IMG/VR virus record: IMGVR_UViG_3300049725_000006
Location: 1 to 30,556 of that record
Strand: one strand, 5' to 3'
DNA length: 30,556 nt
Source of the DNA: a virus
Taxonomy: Duplodnaviria; Caudoviricetes
Shown here: positions 1 through 8,758 of the stretch, in pieces
How the letters are laid out: each line of letters starts with the position of its first letter
How positions within the stretch are numbered: the first letter of the stretch is position 1
The notes under the pieces: model-generated
What the model was told of the DNA's origin: nothing
Database searches by the model: none
Seen by the model: the letters and a program-made list of their open reading frames with translations, nothing else
Position numbers and translations under genes: made by a program

Positions 1-21
1 CTTTTATGTCCATTACTTAAG

Positions 22-50
22 ACTATAAACCTTTTTTCACCGATTGTCAA
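22..50 (-). promoter_or_regulatory. Sigma70-type promoter firing leftwards out of the window
   Basis: Minus strand TTGACA (50-45), 17 bp spacer, TATAGT (27-22). Confidence 0.7.
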
Positions 51-56
51 GTACCC

Positions 57-85
57 TTGCAAAATATACTTTAATGTGCTATAGT
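57..85 (+). promoter_or_regulatory. Sigma70-type promoter for the HNH gene
   Basis: TTGCAA (57-62), 17 bp spacer, extended -10 TGcTATAGT (77-85); GAGGT SD before the ATG at 103. Confidence 0.7.
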
Positions 86-102
86 AATGATGAGGTAAAA
101 AG

Positions 103-522
103 ATGGCAAGAAATTACTACAGTAAAACACGCAAGAAGTCAGGTAAGTATGCTTATTTTTCAAATCAATTCACTAAAAGGAATGGGGAATGTGTCACCGT
201 AAAACCGCCCGATAGAAAAATGCCTTGTATCATCTATCCTAGAACACTTAATAATAAACAGTATGGCGAACCTTATCCGCTGCTATTCTTTAAGATACGT
301 ACTAAAGTTAAAGAACGGGATAACTACACTTGCCAGATATGTGGTTTTACTTCACGGGAACCATATAAACTACAAGTACACCATATTAACTATGATATTC
401 ACGACTCAAGGGAGTACAATTTAATTACACTCTGTAACGACTGCCACCTCAAAACAGTCACCCGCCGTAAGAATTGGTACTCTGTATTCTACCTAAAGAT
501 TATTACTATCTATTCCAAGTAA
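103..522 (+). CDS. HNH endonuclease
   Basis: RDNYTCQICG...LQVHHI...NLITLCNDCH: CxxC, HH, N, CxxCH motif set. Confidence 0.9.
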   Translation: MARNYYSKTRKKSGKYAYFSNQFTKRNGECVTVKPPDRKMPCIIYPRTLNNKQYGEPYPLLFFKIRTKVKERDNYTCQICGFTSREPYKLQVHHINYDIHDSREYNLITLCNDCHLKTVTRRKNWYSVFYLKIITIYSK

Positions 523-556
523 TAACCCCCGACCCCCTTCTTCTCTCTTTAGACAC

Positions 557-606
557 AAAAAAGCCCGGACTCAATACCGTAAGGAGAAAACGATACCGAG
601 CCCGGG
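557..606 (-). terminator. Intrinsic terminator of the late operon
   Basis: Minus strand CCCGGGCTCGGTATCGT-[TTTCTCCTT]-ACGGTATTGAGTCCGGG followed by CTTTTTT; 17 bp stem whose G-U pairs form only on the minus-strand RNA. Confidence 0.8.
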
Positions 607-693
607 AGGTAGCAAGCAATATTCAATTACTTAGTTTTCTTAATTAACCTCTTTTTCTTCTTGACAATCCGCTTAATGCAGTTCTGGAGATTC

Positions 694-984
694 TTATCCT
701 GCTTGGACTCGCTTTTCAACATAGGGGATCGCCTCTATTTTGTCTAGTCGTTCCTTATTATTGCACCCGTCGGCCTCTACCTTGCTCATGCGATGTTCAA
801 AGTCACGGGCAGTCGCAACGTTACTTTCTTCCAGTTTGCCCACACGTCCATTTTGTCTACCGACCTTCTCACACAGGTCGTCTAGTTTCTGCGCGTTTCG
901 TGCAGCCGTTGTTTCATTACGGATGATGCCGCCAAGAATAACGAGTCCTAAACTGGCAAATCCGATTATATCTCCGGTAACCAT
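694..984 (-). CDS. Single-TM plus coiled-coil protein, lysis module (holin-like)
   Basis: N-terminal hydrophobic helix followed by a heptad-like region; GGAGG SD favours the ATG at 984 over 1002. Confidence 0.55.
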   Translation of the reverse strand: MVTGDIIGFASLGLVILGGIIRNETTAARNAQKLDDLCEKVGRQNGRVGKLEESNVATARDFEHRMSKVEADGCNNKERLDKIEAIPYVEKRVQAG

Positions 985-1016
985 CAGGGTGTACCTCCAC
1001 AAGTTTAATCTATCCG

Positions 1017-1214
1017 CTATTTCTTGAGTTTGGCTTTCAAGGTATAAACCTGTTGCCCTTGAATCATCCCGGCAATCGCATTAAGTACGATAACAGCCAA
1101 GCCTTCCCATACAACCCATGTTGCGGGATTAGTAGGTAGATTCAAGAGGTATTGCAAGATTAGAACAATGACTGCAATTACATTTAACCAGAGTGCTTTC
1201 TGTTGATACCACAT
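1017..1214 (-). CDS. Putative holin (2 TM)
   Basis: MWYQQKALWLNVIAVIVLILQY...; two TM segments and a basic C-terminus; GGAGGT SD before the ATG at 1214. Confidence 0.7.
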   Translation of the reverse strand: MWYQQKALWLNVIAVIVLILQYLLNLPTNPATWVVWEGLAVIVLNAIAGMIQGQQVYTLKAKLKK

Positions 1215-1276
1215 ATTAACCTCCATCCTTCTTTTATTAAAATCTAACGGGAACTTTAACGGGAGTATAAGCCCTT

Positions 1277-2251
1277 TTATCTGAAGACACATAGTTTGCT
1301 CTTTACTAAATTAATCGTGACCAGTGAAGTTGTATTCGCCATCACATACGTAACTTGCTTTTGTGTCTTGTATCCGCTCAGCGATGCTTGAACTGTATGC
1401 TGGCCTGTATAAACACTCAGCGATGAAGGATGGCCAGGCAGAACACTACCGTCAATCGTTATAGTGGCGTTCTGAGGTGTGACCACTAAAGCCATCGTGC
1501 CGGTTGACGGGGGTGGCGTTGGTGCTGGCTGGCCTGTTATCTCGGCTAGAATTGCGCTAAGGGCGTTCACATCAAGGGTTGAGCTGGCATTGTCCTTATC
1601 GTCTACTATCCCAAAAGCCTCGTCACAATACTTCTGGAAAAATGCCCATGTCATTCTCTTACGGGCTCCCCACGTCATACAGGTTAAGTAGTCTGCATCA
1701 TAGGCCACGATATAGACACAGTGACCGCCCCAACTACCCGGAGTAGAATCAGGTCCAGTGGTAACATCCCATATGCCCTGATGCTGCGCTGAGATAGGTA
1801 GCTCTAAGCCGATATAGAGGCCATTCAAAAGATAGATAGCTTCCATGACTTGATTCTTGCTATTAACGTCTACCTGGGCATAAGCGTAGATGTCATAGTT
1901 TTGTCCGGCGACCTTCCAACCTTGCCTCCATGCGTTGAGGGAGTCGATCATTACTAAGCCGTTATCAGCCCCGCCTGTTTCCTTGAAATACTCGGTAGTA
2001 ACGTCATTGTCTGAAATTGGTATGACTACTTGCTGCTCATAGTCCTCAAGTCTCAATGTCTGATGCGCGCGGCCTGCCATGACACAATCGCCCAGAGTGT
2101 CATTTTTGTACATATGGCTATCGGTAAGACTTGAATACTGAGAGTCTACATCGAAGTTAGCCGGAGGTGGAGGGAGCGCCCTCAGTATCTTGGAAAGTTG
2201 AATAGTGCGATAATCTTGTTTAGCTGCTAATTTACCTAGTTTGTACATCAT
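1277..2251 (-). CDS. Papain-like cysteine peptidase with Pro-rich linker and PEGA-like domain; candidate lysin
   Basis: NDTLGDCV (catalytic Cys), GGHCVYIVAYD (His), TCMTWG; QPAPTPPP linker; PEGA-like VTPQNATITIDG...GQHTVQASLSGY. Lies next to holin-like genes. Confidence 0.7.
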   Translation of the reverse strand: MMYKLGKLAAKQDYRTIQLSKILRALPPPPANFDVDSQYSSLTDSHMYKNDTLGDCVMAGRAHQTLRLEDYEQQVVIPISDNDVTTEYFKETGGADNGLVMIDSLNAWRQGWKVAGQNYDIYAYAQVDVNSKNQVMEAIYLLNGLYIGLELPISAQHQGIWDVTTGPDSTPGSWGGHCVYIVAYDADYLTCMTWGARKRMTWAFFQKYCDEAFGIVDDKDNASSTLDVNALSAILAEITGQPAPTPPPSTGTMALVVTPQNATITIDGSVLPGHPSSLSVYTGQHTVQASLSGYKTQKQVTYVMANTTSLVTINLVKSKLCVFR

Positions 2252-2260
2252 TCTCCTTGA

Positions 2261-4000
2261 TTATCCGATCTTTGTATTGTAAATATTTTGTAGTAAACCG
2301 CGTGCATCACTTAATTTATCGGATTCAATTAGAAACATCATAATACCCGCGTAAGCATTATTGATGACCCACGTTGTTTTACCGATGACATCGTTAATGC
2401 TATTCCAGTAGGTGACTCCCCCGCTAACGGCATTACCATTGAATGTGGCGTTAGAATAGGTATCCGTGCTGGCTGACGGATTTAAGATATTGATTACATC
2501 GGCATATGTGCCTACTTGACCGTTACCGTCCCGATCATCAGTAGCCCAGAACAAAATACCTAGTGATAGGATACTTTTGCTATATCCAAGTGCATACCAA
2601 GCGTTCATCTCAGTTTGTGCAGACGCCGGAGTGTGTTTATAATAAGCCCCAACTTGATAAGAGTATAATTTAGCGTTAGCGGTTGCCGGAGTTAGTAAGC
2701 GTGTCGGATCGTCAGTTCTGAAATACGCTCCGTCATACCATGAGATAGTCTTGCCTAACGGTTGTAGTGTAGTATAGAGGTCTGTCAATAAACTATTGGC
2801 GAGTGCGGTAGTTCTTGACGTTTCATCTTCCCAATCAATATTCACACCATCCACATATTGACCGCCATATGCGGTTGTCAAAACAGTGGCGATATTCGCG
2901 ACTAAAGTAGCGCGTTTTCCGGCATCAGCCACAATAGAAGAGAGCCAAGTATTACCGCAAGCTAACGTAAAGTGAACTTTTAATCCGGCGGTATGCAGTA
3001 ATGGTATTAATGTCGCCCAACTGAAACTAGATTTTACCCATAATGTAGGGTCGGTTGCGCTGGTGACTTCCATACAGTCGGGATAGATAATATCGGTCAA
3101 CTGATTATAGTTCAAACCGGTCAGTGAACCCACGTTACAATAACCGATAATTTTAATACCAGCAGGTTGTAGTACTGCGGCTATTGCTTTCTGAATATAG
3201 GTGGTTAATAAGTCTGAACCAATCAATAACTGTGAACAATCTACTCCGGGAAGTTTAGCCGATGCGTCTAGTTGTATTATGTTATTTGCCGCAGTACCAA
3301 CGGTGTAAGGTACACCACTCCCCCCGCTAATCGGTGCGGCCATCATTCCGTGCTTATGATCGCTTTTAGCGGCTGTTGCACTACTACCGTTAGTAGCTGT
3401 GTCCCCAAACGACTGTGTAGAGGCAACATTAGCAGTTAATATAGCAGGTGTTCCTGATATTGTCGCATTGGCTGTGACCGTTAGAGTCTGGGCAGATGTT
3501 CCCGAAGTAATGGTAAACCCTGTAGCCTGCGAGTTTACGGGGTTAGCCATCATAGAGTGTTTGTGGTCATTCCTGCTGGCGGTTGCAGCTGACCCGCCTA
3601 CCGCGGTATCGCCAAACACCTGTGTTGACGGAGTAGAGCCAAGCCCACCACCTACAGAACTCCAATATACCGCGTCTGAGGGATTATGACCGCCGGTTGT
3701 TAGCTGGATACAAACGTAAGTAGCCCCGGTATAAGTGACCAGATCGTTCACTGCATAGGCCGTGCTATCGTCATAAACACCTTTCCAAGACCCTCCCACA
3801 TTAGGCAGATTAGTTAAGAGACTACCATCCACAGCAGGGAGCTTGCCAGAACTGGAATCGAGCTGTACCAAGTCACCTGGTGAAGTCCCAACGGATAGTG
3901 CTACGTTACTTGCTTTGATTGCATGATGGGCGGTTGCCTCATATTGGTTTTCGGTAGTGCCTTGACCTGTATTATGTTGTACTGTTATTGGTATTGACAT
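2261..4000 (-). CDS. Tail fibre/spike with CBM5/12-like module and C-terminal GH18 domain
   Basis: WKGVYDDSTAYAVNDLVTY...YW (CBM-like); duplicated fibre motifs (QLD..KLP.VD.S.L; STQ.FGDTA...DHKH.MMA); GH18 motif DGVNIDWE and C-terminal YAGIMMF..ESD. Confidence 0.75.
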   Translation of the reverse strand: MSIPITVQHNTGQGTTENQYEATAHHAIKASNVALSVGTSPGDLVQLDSSSGKLPAVDGSLLTNLPNVGGSWKGVYDDSTAYAVNDLVTYTGATYVCIQLTTGGHNPSDAVYWSSVGGGLGSTPSTQVFGDTAVGGSAATASRNDHKHSMMANPVNSQATGFTITSGTSAQTLTVTANATISGTPAILTANVASTQSFGDTATNGSSATAAKSDHKHGMMAAPISGGSGVPYTVGTAANNIIQLDASAKLPGVDCSQLLIGSDLLTTYIQKAIAAVLQPAGIKIIGYCNVGSLTGLNYNQLTDIIYPDCMEVTSATDPTLWVKSSFSWATLIPLLHTAGLKVHFTLACGNTWLSSIVADAGKRATLVANIATVLTTAYGGQYVDGVNIDWEDETSRTTALANSLLTDLYTTLQPLGKTISWYDGAYFRTDDPTRLLTPATANAKLYSYQVGAYYKHTPASAQTEMNAWYALGYSKSILSLGILFWATDDRDGNGQVGTYADVINILNPSASTDTYSNATFNGNAVSGGVTYWNSINDVIGKTTWVINNAYAGIMMFLIESDKLSDARGLLQNIYNTKIG

Positions 4001-4009
4001 AGATTCTCC

Positions 4010-5782
4010 TTATAATCCAAAATTAACAACTAGGAATGCTTGCGGCATAGACGAAGTCCCAGCGCCGTCAAAAACCAGATATTCAGTTGCAGTTGACGGT
4101 GCGACCGAACCTACGTCTGCTAATGACCTCATACCCCAACGGGTAGTTCCTCCCGGATTAATCGCAGATAACCCCGGAGTGGACATATCAAACTCTATCC
4201 ATCTGGCAGTAGTGTTAGTATGATCGAACGTAGCTTGACCATGACTGGCGGTAGATGTTAATAAATCATGGTAGTTTGTTGTTATCAGAGGGATTGCAAG
4301 CCCCGCAGGGTCAACAAGATTAACAGTAACATCTGCTGTTGGTATAGAAGTTGCAGGCCACCAGATAAAAACCTTCGCAGTTGCGCTTGCAGGCAGTGAG
4401 GCCAGTGCAGTTGTATCAAACTCTATATAGCCCCGGTATATCCAGTAGTTTGTATCGACTGATTGGCCAGCATAAATATAATGATACCCAATTGAGTCGT
4501 CATAGGCATCACCTGACGCTTGATTATGAACAGTGGTATAGTTAGGAAGGGGATTATTAGTCTCCAGAAAACCACTATGAGTGATAGGGAATAGTTGATA
4601 TTGATTCACGTCCCATAACTGAAATTTAGAATGCCAGCAGTCCTGCCATGCTTTCCAGTCATGTTCTATACCCTCGATATGATACTGGACATTCGGTATA
4701 GCCATTGGGTTATCGGCATTATTTAAGTTCAAGGTGATTCGTGTGGAAATGTCATAACCCAAAGCCTTCGGGAACAGGTCGAGCGGTGAAGCGTCACAGT
4801 CCAGATGCAGACTCTTAACTCTTAACTTGGAATCAAAATAACGGTTTACAACAATATAAGCCTGATTTTGTGCATCTGCTGTGTTCTGGATAATAGAGCC
4901 AGTACCATCATATATTCTGACACCTTGATTGGCTAGATTTATTGGTTCTTGCCAAGATGAGATGGCATTTCCCGCATTATTAAACATGGCGGCATTATAA
5001 ATAAAAGTATCATCATCTGACATCTCAGGCAGTGTATAAATATTGCCCGAAGTGCCAGTGTCAAAAGTGGCACTACTGTTAGCAAAGTTTGTATATCTGG
5101 AGTCCCTATCCTGAAAAGTAACCTTGCCGTCACCAGCGACAAAGAATACACCTGAGTCCGCAGAAGCCACTTTATAAAGATGCTCCATGATGTTAGTACC
5201 ATTCGCCGGAGGCGTTAATGCAGTGACCGTGACTTTGCCAGTGTCCACAGCTTTAAGTCCTGCAGGCCATGTAGCGCCATTCGTTGCTGTGTTTGCCACT
5301 ACACCCAAGAGATGGTTAACCCTGGCGCCTGATAGCTCACTACCATAATTTGTTCCCTGCGGTACTGTCTCCCGTGTAAAGGTCTTAAACAGGTCTACAC
5401 AGTTGATAGTCATAATGGGCGTCTTACCGCCCACATCCTCTACCCAGCCAGGCACTAAACTCTCAATCATGCCGGTATAGATGAAATAGACTACTGTGTT
5501 ATAAATACAGTAAAGCTGAATAGGTGTTAAGGGTTTGACGTAAGGATAATATGGGCTAGAGGTATTGTATCTCCAGAATCGTCCGTCTGTGTTATTGAGA
5601 ATGAAAGTGGCCTTACCCGCCTCAATTCTATTGAGTTCGTGCATTCTACCACGCTGAGTATTTAACTCCATAAGGTAAGCGCTGACATCAGTCCATGTCA
5701 TAGTAGTGGGAGGCGCGGCCTGAGGTATGGAAAAGAGAGACATATTAAAGCCGATAGCCAAGTGAATCTGATTTTTAGGCAT
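4010..5782 (-). CDS. Tail tip/hub protein with C-terminal DNRLRE/CBM96-like domain
   Basis: Directly follows the tape measure; WTDVSAY...RGR...EAGKATFILNNTDGRF is typical of siphovirus tip proteins; C-terminal YRGYIEFDT domain. Confidence 0.7.
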   Translation of the reverse strand: MPKNQIHLAIGFNMSLFSIPQAAPPTTMTWTDVSAYLMELNTQRGRMHELNRIEAGKATFILNNTDGRFWRYNTSSPYYPYVKPLTPIQLYCIYNTVVYFIYTGMIESLVPGWVEDVGGKTPIMTINCVDLFKTFTRETVPQGTNYGSELSGARVNHLLGVVANTATNGATWPAGLKAVDTGKVTVTALTPPANGTNIMEHLYKVASADSGVFFVAGDGKVTFQDRDSRYTNFANSSATFDTGTSGNIYTLPEMSDDDTFIYNAAMFNNAGNAISSWQEPINLANQGVRIYDGTGSIIQNTADAQNQAYIVVNRYFDSKLRVKSLHLDCDASPLDLFPKALGYDISTRITLNLNNADNPMAIPNVQYHIEGIEHDWKAWQDCWHSKFQLWDVNQYQLFPITHSGFLETNNPLPNYTTVHNQASGDAYDDSIGYHYIYAGQSVDTNYWIYRGYIEFDTTALASLPASATAKVFIWWPATSIPTADVTVNLVDPAGLAIPLITTNYHDLLTSTASHGQATFDHTNTTARWIEFDMSTPGLSAINPGGTTRWGMRSLADVGSVAPSTATEYLVFDGAGTSSMPQAFLVVNFGL

Positions 5783-6321
5783 TACTTGACTCCGCTAGTG
5801 CCTGCATTCTGCTGACCATTGATTATAAATTGTTGCCTAACTACTGGAGCAATCTGTTTGCCATCGAGATTTATTGTTGTGGTGTGTTCTACCTTAGTTT
5901 CGTTCTTGCTGTATGAAGACATCGCCTTGATACCACCTACCGCAATAGCCGCAGCAGCCAGACCCAAAAGGGGTAATAACGGATTAGCAAGCGCCTGGAC
6001 AATGACCTCTGAAGTTGCTAGTCTCTGCAAGGCGTCTACCGTCTTACTGATAGCTGATATGAACTGGACGGTTGAGCCGATGGCGGTCATTACAGAGCCT
6101 ACCATCATCATTGTCTGGCCTATCGTCTGTCCTAATGCCGAGTTAGTGCCCTTCAATGCTACGCCCATAGCCATGAAAGAGGCTCCAAGCATCATCGTGC
6201 CCATTGATAGTTCACGAATCGCCATTTTGTTATCAGCCAGCGTACCACCCAAGCCTTTTAGCTGGGGTGTAACGCTATCGGATTGCATCACTAGCGCAAC
6301 ACCAAGTGTACTTGTCTCCAT
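5782..6321 (-). CDS. Tape measure protein (unusually short, 179 aa)
   Basis: Sits between the chaperone frameshift gene and the tip protein; Ala/Gly/Met-rich hydrophobic helices; TMP-like C-terminus TINLDGKQIA. Confidence 0.65.
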   Translation of the reverse strand: METSTLGVALVMQSDSVTPQLKGLGGTLADNKMAIRELSMGTMMLGASFMAMGVALKGTNSALGQTIGQTMMMVGSVMTAIGSTVQFISAISKTVDALQRLATSEVIVQALANPLLPLLGLAAAAIAVGGIKAMSSYSKNETKVEHTTTINLDGKQIAPVVRQQFIINGQQNAGTSGVK

Positions 6322-6329
6322 CGTATCTC

Positions 6330-6545
6330 CTAGAAAATAGTACCGCCGTTCTGTGAAATGTGCTTGATTGCCTTGTAGGTAATGAAATTAGAGATAACCC
6401 TCTCCGAGGCGTTAGCCAAATCATCAGGGCTCCATCCCGTCTCAACCAGTAAAATAGCCTCGTTCATCTCATTAGGTATCTGATAGCGAGACGGGAGATT
6501 GATAGCTGCAAATGTCTGCTCTGCTAACTCTTTGGAGCTAAAGGG
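6330..6545 (-). CDS. Tail assembly chaperone frameshift extension (gpGT-like)
   Basis: Slippery C CCT TTA (6545-6539). The -1 frame is open to the TAG at 6330: SSKELAEQTFAAINLP...LVETGWSPDDLANASERVI... Confidence 0.8.
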   Translation of the reverse strand, partial: PFSSKELAEQTFAAINLPSRYQIPNEMNEAILLVETGWSPDDLANASERVISNFITYKAIKHISQNGGTIF

Positions 6546-6883
6546 GCTTGGCTATATAGCTTGTTAACCTCTGAAAGTAGTAATTGATACTTTGTCTCGG
6601 TCATATTGTCAATGGTGTCTTCAGTGACCGCCCCGAATGACCATGACTCCGTTTGATTCAAGATTGTGATAACATCGTCACCGTCTACTTGGATTGGACG
6701 AAGAATGGCCTTGCGCTTTTCAATATCAGCTTCCTTTTGAAGTTGCGACTGAATGTCCAGCCATTTGTCCGGAGTGACGGATTTTCTCAATAAGTCCTGA
6801 AGCGCCTTGCTTGTTTTGTGTTTCATCTCCTTAAAGACTACAGCATAATCTCCATCACCCAATTCTAGTTTAACAGTCTCCAT
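6524..6883 (-). CDS. Tail assembly chaperone (gpG-like)
   Basis: Acidic helical 119 aa protein right after the major tail gene, ending at the slippery site. Confidence 0.8.
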   Translation of the reverse strand: METVKLELGDGDYAVVFKEMKHKTSKALQDLLRKSVTPDKWLDIQSQLQKEADIEKRKAILRPIQVDGDDVITILNQTESWSFGAVTEDTIDNMTETKYQLLLSEVNKLYSQAPLAPKS

Positions 6884-6892
6884 GTTCTCTCC

Positions 6893-7885
6893 TTAAATAG
6901 CGCTTACTACTAATTGCGGTTTGTAATTAGCTCCTTGCTCTGAAGCATAAATGATAACGTGTTCAAATCCAGATGGAGTATTTGCGGCAACATCCCTGCT
7001 GCTAACCAGTGTGAGTTTAGTTATACCGGCGTTATTAATCCAGCTTATACCGTTTGCGTTCAAGCCGAGCATATTGTAACCGATAACAAAGGTAGTTGTA
7101 CTTAAAGCCCCGCCGTTCCCCGCATAATGGGAAATTGAATAATCACCAAGCACTACAGGGTTATGCGGATAAGTAGGGGCTCCGTTGGTGACTGTGATGT
7201 TGAAGTCTGTGTCGCTCTGGTCAAGACCGCCATATATGTTGAGGTAAGCATTCGTAATTGTTTTTCCTGCTAGTGCGGAAGTATCGTACATCAGGAAGGC
7301 ACGCTCACAAGAGTAAACATTGCTGAAGTCGTATTGACCGACATAGAAGTATGTATCGGTATCTGACACGGAGTTAGCATTAGCAGTCGCTTGAACGGTA
7401 GCATAGTTGGCTCCACCCGCAAGCATATATCCGTCATAGGTAGGATTAAAGACGTAAGTAATAGCCGAGACGCCATAGGTTAAGCCATTATCTACCCAAC
7501 ACTCGGCAACAACCTTAACGAACGATCCCACTTGGGAAGTAATCTCATACTTGGGGATTGAGCAGTTGCCCGATATTTTAAGGTTACCCGTTCCCGTTGT
7601 GGCTGGATAAAAAGCAAACGGTACGGTAGTTTTAGCAGAATGAACAGCACCCACTACCGTATGACTACCAGTATTAGCCACCTGATTAAACATCATCTCA
7701 ACGGTAAACTTTGTCTCGTCAATGCCGGGATTATAACGCCGTCCTACCGAACCAAAAGCCGTTACATCATTGTTTATCCAGCTTGAGGGGAAAGTCACCT
7801 TCATTACAGAGTCGGAAACATCGACTCCATTAATTGACAGTGAACACGATTGAACATCTATTGACCTTGTGGTAATTGCGGGCAT
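6893..7885 (-). CDS. Major tail (tube) protein with C-terminal DNRLRE/CBM96-like domain
   Basis: N-terminal ~140 aa tube-like region (DVTAFGSVGRRYNPGI...FAFYP...KISGNC); C-terminal ERAFLMYDTS...ITNAYL...KPQLVV. Confidence 0.8.
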   Translation of the reverse strand: MPAITTRSIDVQSCSLSINGVDVSDSVMKVTFPSSWINNDVTAFGSVGRRYNPGIDETKFTVEMMFNQVANTGSHTVVGAVHSAKTTVPFAFYPATTGTGNLKISGNCSIPKYEITSQVGSFVKVVAECWVDNGLTYGVSAITYVFNPTYDGYMLAGGANYATVQATANANSVSDTDTYFYVGQYDFSNVYSCERAFLMYDTSALAGKTITNAYLNIYGGLDQSDTDFNITVTNGAPTYPHNPVVLGDYSISHYAGNGGALSTTTFVIGYNMLGLNANGISWINNAGITKLTLVSSRDVAANTPSGFEHVIIYASEQGANYKPQLVVSAI

Positions 7886-7895
7886 TGTAATCCTC

Positions 7896-8291
7896 CTAAA
7901 TCATAACTTGAACGTGCCATTTGGCTCCGAGATATTCTACACCTGAGATTGTAAAACCGCTGTAATCAAAACCTGTAACCCTAATCCAGTCTGCTATACC
8001 GGTTAAGTCCGTCTGCATCAGAGCCGCTTTCATTGAACCTTGCCCTGTAGGTAAAAGATAGGTGTCTAACATATCTTGAACATTCTCTAAAGCATCGCCC
8101 TTTGAAAGCAGCAAGGTAATCTCAAAAGAGACCTGCATCATGTTACCGGGGAAGTTAATAACGTAATCGCCCTTAGTAGGCACTACAACAACACAAGGTG
8201 GGGTAGGCGCGCCCGGCATAGAGGTATAACACTCAATATTCAGATTGTTCTTGATAGCCGTCTGAATGGCTTGCTTAATGTCTTTTATCAT
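7896..8291 (-). CDS. Tail terminator/completion protein
   Basis: Position before the tail tube gene, 131 aa, PxPPCVVVVP motif. Confidence 0.65.
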   Translation of the reverse strand: MIKDIKQAIQTAIKNNLNIECYTSMPGAPTPPCVVVVPTKGDYVINFPGNMMQVSFEITLLLSKGDALENVQDMLDTYLLPTGQGSMKAALMQTDLTGIADWIRVTGFDYSGFTISGVEYLGAKWHVQVMI

Positions 8292-8758
8292 TTGCTACCC
8301 CACCTGACCTCTATCGCCTCGGCCATCTTCGCTAGATTAATATTTATCTTATCCCATGCGTTGAGTGCTGCATTAAAAAACATGTGGTGCGGTTTAGTTC
8401 CGTACTTGGCAATTTTTCTCTGAATAGCATAGGGATTCATATTATGCCGATGTGCCCAACCTTTTAACGCGGCAATCGGTGCCCAATGCGGTGCTGTGCC
8501 ATACTCCATATCTTGGGCATAATGAGGCTGTAATCTTGTACTGACCAACCCATATAGAGGTAAAGGTGAAGGGTCAACCATTTGATTAATACTGGCGTAG
8601 AGTTCACCCATATCTACAGGGGTATATCCTTGTACTGATCGCTGAATATCTAAGGTGGTTTGAGTCAAAAATTCTCTAGTAGGTTCGGCAATTAATGCAG
8701 GATCATTGACCTTTCTAGCCAATTCCTCAAAGCCAGTGACCTGTATAGTAATGTCCAT
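8288..8758 (-). CDS. HK97 gp10-like tail completion protein
   Basis: TPVDMGELYASI, YAQDMEYGT, GTKPHHMFFNA. Confidence 0.85.
   Translation of the reverse strand: MDITIQVTGFEELARKVNDPALIAEPTREFLTQTTLDIQRSVQGYTPVDMGELYASINQMVDPSPLPLYGLVSTRLQPHYAQDMEYGTAPHWAPIAALKGWAHRHNMNPYAIQRKIAKYGTKPHHMFFNAALNAWDKININLAKMAEAIEVRWGSK

Noticed and set aside
661-690. TTGACA promoter on the plus strand
   Set aside because: No matching -10 element at a suitable spacing.
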